Part shown: piece by piece, positions 49,463-58,881 of the stretch
Layout of the letters: every line of letters begins with the position of its first letter
Position numbering within the stretch: position 1 is the stretch's first letter
NCBI GenBank assembly: GCA_965198065.1
Contig: CBDAON010000004.1
Span: 416,001-480,000, forward strand
Length of the DNA: 64,000 nt
Reading direction: 5' to 3'
Source of the DNA: Longimicrobiales bacterium
GTDB taxonomy: Bacteria; Gemmatimonadota; Gemmatimonadetes; Longimicrobiales; Gaopeijiaceae
Program-made: the position numbers and the translations under genes
Notes under the pieces: model-generated
Told to the model about the DNA's origin: nothing
Seen by the model: the letters and a program-made list of their open reading frames with translations, nothing else
Database searches by the model: none

Positions 49463-51907
49463 TCAGCTCCTTGCGTTGGGGGTGGGGGTGGGATCGTCTC
49501 GGCTCGCGAGAACCTCGAGGGCCCGGCTCAGTCCATAACGGGAGACCGCCCGGGCCCTCTCCTCGGCGTCCAATGCGGACGAGGTGTAGAGCCAGTAGCT
49601 CTCCGGATCGACCTCGAGCCGGAGCACCGCCGCCCCGTCCGGACGGCGCAGATAGAGCTCGCGTTTGGGGATCAGGCCCCGGACCTGGGCCAGCTCCGAC
49701 TCGTTCAGCCGGAACAGCGCGCCGACCTCGTCGGGGAGCTCGGGGTTCGCGAGGAAGAGCTTGGTCGGGATCGACTCGAGGAGCGCCGCCGCGCCGGGCG
49801 TTGCCGTCACGTCCACGGCGGACTGGGTGGCGAGGATCAGCGCGGCGTTCTTCTTCCGCCACGTCTTCGCCGCCTCGGCCAGATAGCTAAGCACCGCCGG
49901 GTCCTGCAGGTAGCGCCAGGCTTCGTCCACGACCATCAGCTTCAGCCGCGCCGCCTCGGACGGGTCCTCCACCTCCAAGCGCATCCGCTCGAGCAGGTAG
50001 GAGAGCGCCGCGTCGCAGAGATCCGGATGCTCGACCGCCCCGGCGAGATCGATCACCTGCCAGTCGGCGAACTCGAGATCCGGTGCCCCGCCAGCAGGGT
50101 TATCGAAGTACGCGCCCCAGGCGCCGCCTTCGATCCAACGGCTCCAGGCCGGCCACATCGCCGAGGGGAGGGAGCCAGCCAATACGCTCAGCGTCCGCCG
50201 CTCCGGCTCGAACGCATACAGATCCTCGATCCGCGCCCGGATCTCGCTCGTGTCCGCCCCGCTCGCCTCCCAACCGCCGAGCTTCAAAAGCCGGAGCACC
50301 CAACCGGTCAGGAACTGGAAGGTCCTCGTAGTCGCCGGCAGCGCGAACGGCTGCAGCCGGAGCGTCGGCTCCGCCTCGCCTGGCGAGAGCTCCAGGTAGC
50401 GGCCCCCGAGGAACCGGGTCAGCCAACGGTAGGAGCCGCCCAAGTCCAGAATCAGGACCCGAGGGTCGTACCTGAGCGCCTCGACCAGCAGGAAGTTGAG
50501 CGTGAAGCTCTTGCCCGAGCCGGTCGCGCCGAGCATCAGCGTGTGCCCCACGTCGCCAGCGAACAGATCGTAGTGGTACGCCGTACGCCACGGGGTCTCG
50601 AGTACCGCGAGCGCTTCGCGACCGAGGTGACGGCTCTGCGGCGTCCCCCGGGGAGGCCCGAACAGCGGCGCGAGGCACGCGGCCACTCCGGCCGACACGA
50701 ACACCTTCCGTACCTGCCGCCCACGCGGTTGGGCCGGGAGCCGCGAGAACCAGACCGGGAGCTGGCCGTAGCCCTCCCGGATCACTTTCGCGTCGTGCGC
50801 GGCGAAGAGACGGCGGAGGTCGCCGTCCAGCCGCTCGATGCTTCCGAGCTCGCCGTGGAGCGCCACGGTCAGCGTGGCCTCGCCGTAGCTCACCCCGTCT
50901 GCTTCCAGCTCGACCAGCGCCTCGCCCAGCCGGTCGGACTCCGTCGCCGCGGCCGAGTCGACCATCGCGGCCGCCGTGCCCTCCGTCTCCTGCACGTGCG
51001 CCATCATCGAGTAGCGCTTGGCGAAGTAGTGCCGCTGCGCGCCCCGGATGCGGCGCCGGGCCGCTTCCACCGCCCAGGGACGCCACTCGAGCGAGACCGT
51101 CATCGCCGCGTCCAGGCAGTAGAGGTCCCGGAGCAGGTTCGCGTAGGCTTGGCCGGGCGGGGACAGAAGTGAGTAGAGGATCACGGGCTCGCCGTCGAGC
51201 CGCAGGTGGGAGCGCTCCGCCTCGAGCTCAGAGAGCGCGAGCCGCCAGTTCATCCCGCTCCCCGTCGCGCCGTCCCACACCGTGCCCGGCCGGTTGATCA
51301 GCTCGGAGAGGAGACGGGAAGCCTCGCTGGCCGGGAGCATCTCGATCGGTGTGTGCTCCCCGACGAGCGCCCGGCCCGCGTCGACCGTCGCGCGAAAGCG
51401 GGCGGCGGCGGCCTCGATCTCGGAACCGAGGTAGGTCGGCGCGCTCGCCCGGCGGCGCTTCCACCACTGCCTGAGCCGGGAAGCGCTTCCTGTTCTGGGC
51501 CCGTCTGCCACCGCCCGGAGACGGGGATCGTGCGACCAGACCAGGTAGGCCTCGAGCTGCTGCACACGGCCGGCCAGAAACGCACTCCGCTTCCGCTGGG
51601 AGACCGCTACGATGCCGGAGCCCTCGTGGGCCGCGGCCTCGGGTGAGACCGGCCGACGGAGCATATAGAAGTAGAGGCGCGTGTCAGCGTCCAAACCCGA
51701 GAGCAACCGCTGCCAGCGGCCCAGCACCCGGTCGATCTGTTCGGGTGAACGCCCATCGACCACCGCGGGCGCTAGCCGGCCGGCCGCGATCAACTCGCCC
51801 GAGCGGGTCAGGCAGGTACAGCCGTCCTCGAGCCAGCCCCAGTAGGGCAGCTCCTCCGCGAGCGAGCCGGCCGCCTCGTAGTCCCTGAGCTCCGCGGAGA
51901 TCCTCAC
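49463..51907 (-). CDS. virB4: VirB4/TrbE ATPase
   Basis: VGHTLMLGATGSGKS, ILDLGGSY, VVDEAW.YL, KTWRKKN...ATQS; GTG start at 51907. Confidence 0.93.
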   Translation of the reverse strand: MRISAELRDYEAAGSLAEELPYWGWLEDGCTCLTRSGELIAAGRLAPAVVDGRSPEQIDRVLGRWQRLLSGLDADTRLYFYMLRRPVSPEAAAHEGSGIVAVSQRKRSAFLAGRVQQLEAYLVWSHDPRLRAVADGPRTGSASRLRQWWKRRRASAPTYLGSEIEAAAARFRATVDAGRALVGEHTPIEMLPASEASRLLSELINRPGTVWDGATGSGMNWRLALSELEAERSHLRLDGEPVILYSLLSPPGQAYANLLRDLYCLDAAMTVSLEWRPWAVEAARRRIRGAQRHYFAKRYSMMAHVQETEGTAAAMVDSAAATESDRLGEALVELEADGVSYGEATLTVALHGELGSIERLDGDLRRLFAAHDAKVIREGYGQLPVWFSRLPAQPRGRQVRKVFVSAGVAACLAPLFGPPRGTPQSRHLGREALAVLETPWRTAYHYDLFAGDVGHTLMLGATGSGKSFTLNFLLVEALRYDPRVLILDLGGSYRWLTRFLGGRYLELSPGEAEPTLRLQPFALPATTRTFQFLTGWVLRLLKLGGWEASGADTSEIRARIEDLYAFEPERRTLSVLAGSLPSAMWPAWSRWIEGGAWGAYFDNPAGGAPDLEFADWQVIDLAGAVEHPDLCDAALSYLLERMRLEVEDPSEAARLKLMVVDEAWRYLQDPAVLSYLAEAAKTWRKKNAALILATQSAVDVTATPGAAALLESIPTKLFLANPELPDEVGALFRLNESELAQVRGLIPKRELYLRRPDGAAVLRLEVDPESYWLYTSSALDAEERARAVSRYGLSRALEVLASRDDPTPTPNARS

Positions 51908-52206
51908 CGCCCGCTCCGGATCACGAGATGCCAGGGCTCTTCGGCCCACTTGCCCGGGTCGAAACGCGACGAGTAGCGCGTCCCGGCCCGGAGCACACCC
52001 AGCATGTCCGGGTCTTTGCGGCCCGCGAGCCACCCGGCCCCAAAGCCGACCGCGAACACCACGCCGCCCGTCACGAGCGAAGCCGTCGCGTTCCACATCG
52101 CGAGCCCGAGCGTCGCGCTCAGCAGGAACCCCCTGCGCTCCACGCCCAGGATCGTGAGCGGACGGTTCAACGCCGGATAGCCGGCCCAGCGCCTCAGGCC
52201 CCGCAT
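51904..52206 (-). CDS. virB3: VirB3/TrbD-family protein
   Basis: ALNRPLTILGVER, two TM segments, RKDP; lies between the pilin and virB4. Confidence 0.85.
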   Translation of the reverse strand: MRGLRRWAGYPALNRPLTILGVERRGFLLSATLGLAMWNATASLVTGGVVFAVGFGAGWLAGRKDPDMLGVLRAGTRYSSRFDPGKWAEEPWHLVIRSGR

Positions 52207-52499
52207 CAGAACAGCCAGGCCAGGAAGTTGGCCGCGCCCATCGCCATCCCGAGACCGAAGATGATCCCGGCCAGCGTCCGCTTGCTCCCGCCCTCGCCGA
52301 ACGCGAACATCAGTCCGCCCACCACGATCGCGATCAGCGACAGCCCTCGTGCGATCGGGCCCGTGAACTGCGCCTGCAGCTCGTTCACCGCCTCCACCCA
52401 CGGGCTCGTCCCCTGCGCCCACAGCACCCCGGGGAACAGCAACCACAGCGTGAGCGTGGTCCAAGCCGCCGCTCGCGTTGTTCTCAAGAACGTCTGCAT
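52206..52499 (-). CDS. virB2: VirB2/TrbC conjugal pilin
   Basis: Leader ending WAQG.SPW, then FTGPIA.GLSLIAIVVGGLMFAFGEG. Confidence 0.9.
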   Translation of the reverse strand: MQTFLRTTRAAAWTTLTLWLLFPGVLWAQGTSPWVEAVNELQAQFTGPIARGLSLIAIVVGGLMFAFGEGGSKRTLAGIIFGLGMAMGAANFLAWLF

Positions 52500-52532
52500 C
52501 GTCTTCTCCCTCTTTTCCGTTGAATGCGCCGG

Positions 52533-52762
52533 TCACTCAGCGTCGCCGCGGCTCGCCGCGATCTGCTGCCGGATGATCCACTCGTCCACCTCCGACTCGA
52601 TCCAGTTGACCGCATGTGCGCCCAGTTGGACGGGTTTGGGGAAGGCCCCCTTGGCCGTCGCCGATAGATCGTGCTCCGCGACAGCCCCGTGCGGGCTTGC
52701 ACTTGTTGAAACCGAAGGATGCGCGCTGGCACGTCCCTGCCCGGCTCGACCGCTCGTGTCAT
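52533..52762 (-). pseudogene. AlpA-family regulator with a 1-nt frameshift near 52658
   Basis: ILRFQQVQARTGLSRSTIYR in one frame, GAFPKPVQLGAHAVNWIESEVDEWI in the other. Confidence 0.8.
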
Positions 52763-53028
52763 CGCCCCATCTCTCCTGCTGTCGAGGAAGAATCCCCGAG
52801 GCTCTCGCTGCCGGTTGAACTGCGAGCCCCGTGCGCAGCCCCGTCGTAGGCCTCCATGAACGCTAGAACCCGGTCCACGGTCGCCAGCCTCGGCGAACGG
52901 CCGCGCCGCAAGTCTCCGCAGAACTTCCGGTCGCCGATCGCCCGCTCACCGAAATCCGACGGCGTCAGTTGCGTGCGCCGAAGGAATTCCGCGATACGCT
53001 GCTCGAACTGCTCCGTCAGGCTCTCCAT
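52759..53028 (-). CDS. Cro-like small HTH regulator
   Basis: IAEFLRRTQLTPSDFGERAIGD..F..DLRRGRSPRLATVDRV..FM; divergent from a CI-like gene. Confidence 0.7.
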   Translation of the reverse strand: MESLTEQFEQRIAEFLRRTQLTPSDFGERAIGDRKFCGDLRRGRSPRLATVDRVLAFMEAYDGAAHGARSSTGSESLGDSSSTAGEMGR

Positions 53029-53076
53029 ACCAGTGCACCAAATACGGTGTTGGCAAATGACGCAAGACAGTAGGCA

Positions 53077-53352
53077 ATAGGGCATTTCCCACGTTCTTGC
53101 GGAGCAACGAGATGCGGAAACGGGGGTCCGGCGACGCTCCGCCAGCGGGGCCTCGAGCGGGTCCCAGAACACCCGCTCGACGCTGTGGAAGCCTTGGGTC
53201 TAGATGGATTCGGCCGTGTGGCGGCCCGCTGACCGGAAGCCCGGCCGGAGAGTGCTGCCAGGCGATCCGGGCTACGGGGTGATTCCTACGTTCGCCGTCC
53301 CCGAGTCGGGGTGTCCTGTTGTGCCGGCTACAGGTAGTAGGTAATATCCCAC
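53077..53352. promoter_or_regulatory. Three candidate operators, consensus GTAGG-N6-CCCAC
   Basis: ATAGGGCATTTCCCAC (53077-53092), reverse complement GTAGGAATCACCCCGT (53274-53289) and GTAGGTAATATCCCAC (53337-53352), all in the cro/cI divergent gap. Confidence 0.55.
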
Positions 53353-53355
53353 TAT

Positions 53356-54072
53356 ATGGGACGGGCAACGAGATACGACGACATGGCGATGGACCCGGTT
53401 CGCCAGCGGATCCTCGGGCTGATTGCGGAGAATCGCTCGAACCTGCGGATGGCCTCGCTCGCCATCGGACGAAACGCGGCCTACCTGCACCAGTTCATCC
53501 ACCGGGGCACGCCCCGTGTCCTGGCCGAGGACGACCGCGAGGCCTTGGCGAAGCACCTGGGCTGCAGCCCCGAAGAGATCAAGCACGGCCGGCCCCCGAA
53601 TGGGGAAGAGCGTCCACAGCCGCCCTCGGCCGACCCGCGCGCCGTTCCGAGGGGCTACAGCGCGGTGCCCGAGATCGACGTCCGTGCGGCGGCGGGTCCG
53701 GGGGCCTGGAACGACGAGATGGAGCAGACCAAGGCGACCTGGCTTCTCCCCGATCCCCTCATCCGGCATGAATTCCGGGCTAGACCGGAAGATCTGCGGA
53801 TGATCACCGTCGACGGGGACTCGATGGAGCCGCTCTTCTCGAGCGGCGACCGGATCCTGATCGATGTGAGCCGGCAGGTCCCGGTCCCCCCGGGCATCTT
53901 CGTGATCTGGGACGGAATGGGACTGGTCACCAAGCGGATCGAGCATGTGCCGCACTCCGAGCCGCCAAGGGTGGTGATCAAGTCGGCCAACCCGGAGTAC
54001 GACAGCTACGAATGCCTCGTCGATGAAATCCGCATCGTCGGACGCGCCGTCTGGGTCTCAAGGCGGCTGTGA
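53356..54072 (+). CDS. CI/LexA-like repressor with S24 autopeptidase domain
   Basis: N-terminal HTH (ASLAIGRNAAYLHQFI), Ala-Gly cleavage-type site AAAGPG, catalytic Ser in GDSMEP, Lys in VTKRI, IVGRAVW. Confidence 0.9.
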   Translation: MGRATRYDDMAMDPVRQRILGLIAENRSNLRMASLAIGRNAAYLHQFIHRGTPRVLAEDDREALAKHLGCSPEEIKHGRPPNGEERPQPPSADPRAVPRGYSAVPEIDVRAAAGPGAWNDEMEQTKATWLLPDPLIRHEFRARPEDLRMITVDGDSMEPLFSSGDRILIDVSRQVPVPPGIFVIWDGMGLVTKRIEHVPHSEPPRVVIKSANPEYDSYECLVDEIRIVGRAVWVSRRL

Positions 54073-54600
54073 GGTCAGCGAGGAACCCGGAGGTGGCTGA
54101 GGCAGCCGGCGCAACGCCAAGGAGGTTCTCAGCGCATGACGCTGGTAGCGTCGATACGAACGGCTGGTCTGTGGCGGCTTCCTTCCCACGTGGGTCCATC
54201 CTCCGCGCTCTGGGGGCTTATTCGACTCGGCCTACCGTCGCTCCGCAAAAGAGGGTCCATCCCCGCACATTCGCGGCAACCTTTCGGAGCCATCTGGAAG
54301 CTGTAGCCCCCGAAGAGCTCAACAACAACGGAATCCTGCCGTCCGAGAGGGTGCTTCGACGCGAACGGCGGTGGAGTGGTTCGAGGGGTTGCGCTGGCCC
54401 CGCACGTCAGCGCGGGCTGAAGCCGTGCGGACGCAATCCAACTGCCCCGGGATTTATCGGGATCGACGTAGCACGGATAATCAACGCCATGATCGGGAAC
54501 CCACATTTCAACGGGAAGAGGTATCATAGAGGGGAGGTGCCAAAAGCAAGGAACTTCCTTACAATAGGAGGCACACCAGACCCTGACGGAGGCGGTTTTC

Positions 54601-54819
54601 ATGATCATCAGCAAGCTAACTTCCAAGGCTCAGACTACTATCCCACAGCCGATCCGCGCAGCACTCGGGTTGCAGCCTGGGGACGGGTTGTTGTACGAGA
54701 TCATCGATGGCCAAGTAATTCTCACCAAGGCCCGGCGCGGGTCCACGGCGGACGACCCGTTCCGCACCTTCGAGGAATGGCGCTCAGAAGCAGATACCAA
54801 GGCCTATGCGGACCTTTGA
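54601..54819 (+). CDS. AbrB/MazE/PrlF-type antitoxin
   Basis: SKLTSKAQTTIPQPIRAALGLQPGD.L.Y; overlaps the toxin gene. Confidence 0.88.
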   Translation: MIISKLTSKAQTTIPQPIRAALGLQPGDGLLYEIIDGQVILTKARRGSTADDPFRTFEEWRSEADTKAYADL

Positions 54820-55147
54820 GCGAGGTGACGTTATCAAAGTGCCGTTTCCGTACACGGATCGCGCGACGCGTCAATCTCGACCTGCCTTGGTGGTATCGAC
54901 GGCTCGACTCAAGGATCTACACGGACTGTTGTGGGTCGTCATGATTACCAGCGCCGAGAACCGAGGTTGGCCCGACGATGTTCCGGTCACCAACCTAAAG
55001 ATGGCGGGCCTACCCTCCCCATCCCTCATCCGTAGCGCCAAGATAGCGACAATCGACGCGGCTGACGCCTCGAAGCTGGGGCAGGTGTCGGCGGCCCAGC
55101 TCAGACTGGTCACGGGAAAACTTATGCAGGGGATGGGGGCCGCGTGA
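54806..55147 (+). CDS. PemK/MazF-family toxin
   Basis: RGDVIKVPFPYTD....RPALVVS...MITS...AGLP.PS.IR.AKIATI. Confidence 0.9.
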   Translation: MRTFERGDVIKVPFPYTDRATRQSRPALVVSTARLKDLHGLLWVVMITSAENRGWPDDVPVTNLKMAGLPSPSLIRSAKIATIDAADASKLGQVSAAQLRLVTGKLMQGMGAA

Positions 55148-55299
55148 AGAGCGCCCTATCTGCTGTGCCGTGCCTCGGGTCGAGTTCAACAACGGGAGCG
55201 CCGCCACCGGCCCAGGGATGCTCGGAGATGTGACTGTCCAGCACCGCGCGCCGGGTTGCCGCGGCAACCCGTTCCACCGCTCCGATTGCTACCTGCGCG

Positions 55300-55405
55300 G
55301 ACCCTCAGCGGTCCGAAATGACGTCGTAGACGGACAGCAACGCCTGCGCACCGTTTGGGAGTTATGCCAAGGCAAATTCAAGCTCCCAAAGGACGCCGAC
55401 CCGCG
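55300..55405 (+). pseudogene. DUF262 (ParB-like, DGQQR) scrap
   Basis: DVVDGQQRLRTVW; boundaries approximate. Confidence 0.6.
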
Positions 55406-55408
55406 GCC

Positions 55409-55632
55409 TGTTCCACGGCTTCGACTTCGACAACACCATGCTGCATCGGCAGCATGAACATGCTGTTGCACGGTGTGGGGAACCCGGACATCCGGTACTG
55501 CGACTCGTTGGCGCAGGAGCACGGAGGCGAGGAAGAGAAGTACACGCTGGTGCTGGCGAACCCGCCTTTCGCCGGCAGCCTCGACTACGAAAATACCACC
55601 AAGGGCCTGCTCCAAATCGTCAAGACCAAGCG
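55409..55632 (+). pseudogene. Type I R-M methyltransferase (HsdM) internal scrap
   Basis: FHGFDFDNTM then frameshift, IGSMNMLLHGV.NPDI...DSL...YTLVLANPPFAGSLD (N6-adenine MTase NPPF motif). Confidence 0.8.
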
Positions 55633-55986
55633 ATACCCTGCACGGCTTCCTGCGACGTTGACATGGTGCCGTCCCTCGCGCTGGCGAGTGAGAACGGGTG
55701 GGTACAATTCGTAGCGGACACCGGTGTGGTCACTCATTGAGAGGAGGATTCAGAAGACAATCCGCCTCAGCTAGGAGCCTGCGCCGCAGAACGGTTTTAG
55801 CCCCTGTTTTGGACGGGCGTGATACCATATGCGGTAGTATGCAGATGCTTGACCCACTAGTTCTTGGGGATCAGGGGGGCAGAGTTTTCTGACGCGCAGG
55901 CTCCTAGCGCTACGCTAGCCGTGGTCCTCGGCACCAACACGAGGGTGGATGACGACAGATCGTTGGATTTCGGGATCCGTTGAGGG

Positions 55987-56586
55987 TTGCAGAGGAGGCT
56001 GATTTTGAAGAATCATGACACAAGAAGAACATGTCAGCGCGGCGCGGTGATCTTCACTGTGCTCGCCGCTGTTCTGGTACCGTATCCCTTGCTCGCCCAG
56101 GCTGTCGGAGACCGCGTTCGCTTCTCCTACGCAGGTGAATTGGTGACGGGCCGAATCAGCGTGGTGGGCGACGAACGGCTCGAACTTCAGGATCAGGCGC
56201 AACGCACGTTCGCTTTCGACCGCATACAACGTCTGGAGCGGAGCACCGGTGCCCAATCACGTTGGAAGAACGGTCTTCTCATCGGCGGCGGCGTGGGCAT
56301 TCTCGTGGGATCAGTTGTCGGCGAACTGTACGGCGCAACGTGCGAGGTGTTCATAGGTGCCAGCGACGAATGCGACGAAGTGGAGTCAGGAATCGGCATT
56401 CGCGCGATGGCCTTGTACGGTGGGACCTTGGGCGCCATTGGCGCGGGCGTCGGCTACTTGATCAAGCGTGAATCATGGGTGCCCGTCTCGCTTTCCGGGA
56501 ATGACATCGACATCAGCCCTGTCGCGGCGCTGCTTTCTGCAGAGGAGGGGCCGAGGTTGGCTCTGGGAGTCCGTGTCAGGTTCTGA
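55987..56586 (+). CDS. Exported hypothetical protein with glycine-zipper segments
   Basis: Signal (PLLAQ), GLLIGGGVGILVG and GTLGAIGAGVG, C-terminal LGVRVRF. Confidence 0.6.
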   Translation: MQRRLILKNHDTRRTCQRGAVIFTVLAAVLVPYPLLAQAVGDRVRFSYAGELVTGRISVVGDERLELQDQAQRTFAFDRIQRLERSTGAQSRWKNGLLIGGGVGILVGSVVGELYGATCEVFIGASDECDEVESGIGIRAMALYGGTLGAIGAGVGYLIKRESWVPVSLSGNDIDISPVAALLSAEEGPRLALGVRVRF

Positions 56587-56699
56587 AGGGACGCTTCCTC
56601 ACGCTCGCCAGCGGGACCCAGGTTTTCGACCTCTCCGTAGACTTCCTCGAGTCGGGCCAGCAACTCGTCTCCCACGCCCCGCAGATAGCGACTCAGCAA

Positions 56700-57620
56700 C
56701 CGCAACCGTGTGAGAAATTCCGGATCGTAGGCGACCCCCGCATCGGTCACAGCATGGGGTTGGGGCATGACACGTACGTTGCCAAACTCCCGGAAGTAGC
56801 GCACGAGCACAACAAACGCTTCGAGGTTGCTACAGCTCCAGCGCACCGACGACGAAGATCTCCGGGCCCCGGGGCCCGCCAACATCACGGTAAGCGTGCG
56901 GGAGGGTGCACCCTTCCCCATGCGGATCCCACTATCAGCCGAGGGAGGCGACCTGTCGGCGTCCGAGCTGGTGGTTGACGCAGGACGTGTGCTCGGCACG
57001 GACGTGATCGTGACACGGAATGAGGCTGGCGCTGGCGGCACGCAGGTTGCTGCGGGGCGGGCGCCACCGGCGCCCGAGGATATCCGGAGCATCGAGAGCG
57101 GGTCAGCCGAGCCGATCGCGCTGTTCCAACCGACAGCACCCACGGTGTCGTTCGTCTCCCGGTCAGAGTCCGCGCCGGAGGGCGGCACGGCGGTGCTGGA
57201 GGTTGCCCTCAGCACCCCCGCGAGCTCGGCGGTCGCCTTTGGGTACACGCTCGGCGTAGATGACGATCCCGAAAGAGACGATGCAGACGCGTCGGACCAT
57301 TCGCACGGTGGTGGGGGCACCATCGAGATTACCGCGGGGGCCAGCAGCGCTTCGATCGAGATTGCCATCACCGATGACGATGACATCGAGCCAGCGCGCG
57401 AAGTTGTTGCCGTTACGTTGGATCTGCCCGGAGAGGAGACCGGGTACGTTCGCGGCTACCCGCATGCCGCCCAAGTGACGATCGAGGAGGGCGTCTGCGA
57501 CCGTACTCCACGAATCCGGGACGAGATCGTCGGGCAAGCCGGTGCCGTCGGCTGCATCGAGATCGACGGACCTGCGTTGGCGCGTATCCGGACCCTGAAC
57601 CTTTCCGGCGGACAATGGAC
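56700..57620 (+). pseudogene. Mosaic remnant of a large surface protein (zinc-peptidase-like scrap, Calx-beta-like domain, LRR N-cap)
   Basis: IGHSMGLGH; VSF.....APEG...V.LS...IEIAITDDDDIEP..E.V.VTL; VTIEEGVCDRTPRIRDEIV...LARIRTLNLS, then abrupt loss of repeat character. Confidence 0.55.
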
Positions 57621-58017
57621 CAGCGATGGCGGAGGCAGAACGAGCGGCCACATAACGGTGGTGAGACAGGGTACGGAAGCGTTCCTGAAGCCCTGCGACC
57701 CGATAACCACGCCTGGTCCGGATGGGGCGTGGCAAGAAAGAGGAGCCCGACGACAGTTTCCGTCAAGCTCCCCGATCTGGCCGACACCTACGAGATCGAG
57801 GAGGGCGAGGTGTCAGATGCCAAAGACACAAAGACGGTACCCGCCGGAGCCCGGCCGGCTGATTCCTGACGGCGACGACATCCCGAGGGGACCCACTTTG
57901 GTGGTCGACAATTGGCGGTCGACAGCACCGGGGGTGTCGTCCGGGTGAGTCCCTTAATCGCGGGCGGACACCGCGTGACTTCCCAGACAGCCTTCCAGAT
58001 GGCGGGGCCGATGCAGT

Positions 58018-58668
58018 CTACTCAAAGATGTCCGAGAAGCTAATCGTCTCGGAAAAAGAGATGTCGTCATCGCAGACCTGACCTTCGGTCGTGAGGGTCA
58101 GCACCTCTGTGACGAAATTCAGAGAAGTGGCGAAGCCCATGTCGATGCCGCACAACCCGACTCGGTCGTCGGGTGTCTCCCAGCGGACACTGCCTATGGC
58201 CGTCCCCTGAACACTCAGGCCGGCGTTGATGTCTCCCAGCAGCTCAACGGTGAAGGTGATGTTCGGCGCTCCCGTCATCGTGAACTGGAAGCCGGTTCCT
58301 TCGTCGACCGCCACGCAGCCCCTGTGGACCGTGACCAGCGATACGATCACGCTCAGGACATCGTCGCTCTCCGTGTCTCCGGTAACGGTGCTTGAACCGC
58401 TCAAACCCATGGATCCCCCGAGTGCACAGGGCAGAGTGGCCGACACTTGCTCGGTGATGCTGAAAGGCGCTCGGGCGGGAGTGGCCGCCGGGGCGAGCGC
58501 AGAGGGCGCCTCATCATCCACGAACGACGTGATTTGAAAGACGAGGATATTGGCGAGTGCCGTCGATTCCGCCGCGCTCAGCGTATCGTTCATCCCGACC
58601 GGGTCGTCGTCGCTGCCGCAAGCGACTAGCGATATAGCCAACAGGACCGCGGCAAGACGTGATCGCAT
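58018..58668 (-). CDS. Hypothetical lipoprotein
   Basis: MRSRLAAVLLAISLVAC lipobox with upstream GGAG; beta-rich body with further Cys residues. Confidence 0.75.
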   Translation of the reverse strand: MRSRLAAVLLAISLVACGSDDDPVGMNDTLSAAESTALANILVFQITSFVDDEAPSALAPAATPARAPFSITEQVSATLPCALGGSMGLSGSSTVTGDTESDDVLSVIVSLVTVHRGCVAVDEGTGFQFTMTGAPNITFTVELLGDINAGLSVQGTAIGSVRWETPDDRVGLCGIDMGFATSLNFVTEVLTLTTEGQVCDDDISFSETISFSDIFE

Positions 58669-58881
58669 GTGAGACTCCGTTAAGAGAACCGCATACAGAC
58701 ATTCCGGAATGGAGATAACCGCATCCGGACTCCTGAACAATGAAGTGCCTCGGTCAGGCCGCCACCGCGAGCCTCCTCTTCTTCCTCCATGGCGCGGATC
58801 TGACACATTCTTCCCTCCGCCCTCCGCCGGCGCGACCCCGGAGTCGGCCGTGAAGCGCCCTCGCAGCGAGAGGCGCCGTTG

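Larger units (their letters stand above)
36329..54072 (-). mobile_element. Integrative conjugative element with a VirB/Trb-type T4SS (right boundary undefined, may extend to ~55.2 kb or beyond)
   Basis: Contiguous, often translationally coupled minus-strand run cro-alpA-virB2,3,4,9,10,5,6,8-wHTH-virD4-virB11-ardC-wHTH-xis-int, with a divergent cI. Confidence 0.88.

Noticed and set aside
52533..54072. Prophage, given cI, cro, alpA and integrases
   Set aside because: No terminase, capsid, tail or lysis genes; the switch leads straight into virB genes.
54069..54600. ORF 54069-54944, ICE right att site, and a possible IS1595 scrap (AVEWFEGLRWP near 54368-54400)
   Set aside because: The ORF is not protein-like and overlaps the toxin-antitoxin genes; I found no convincing repeat of the 36329-36404 end; the IS-like match is too short to support.
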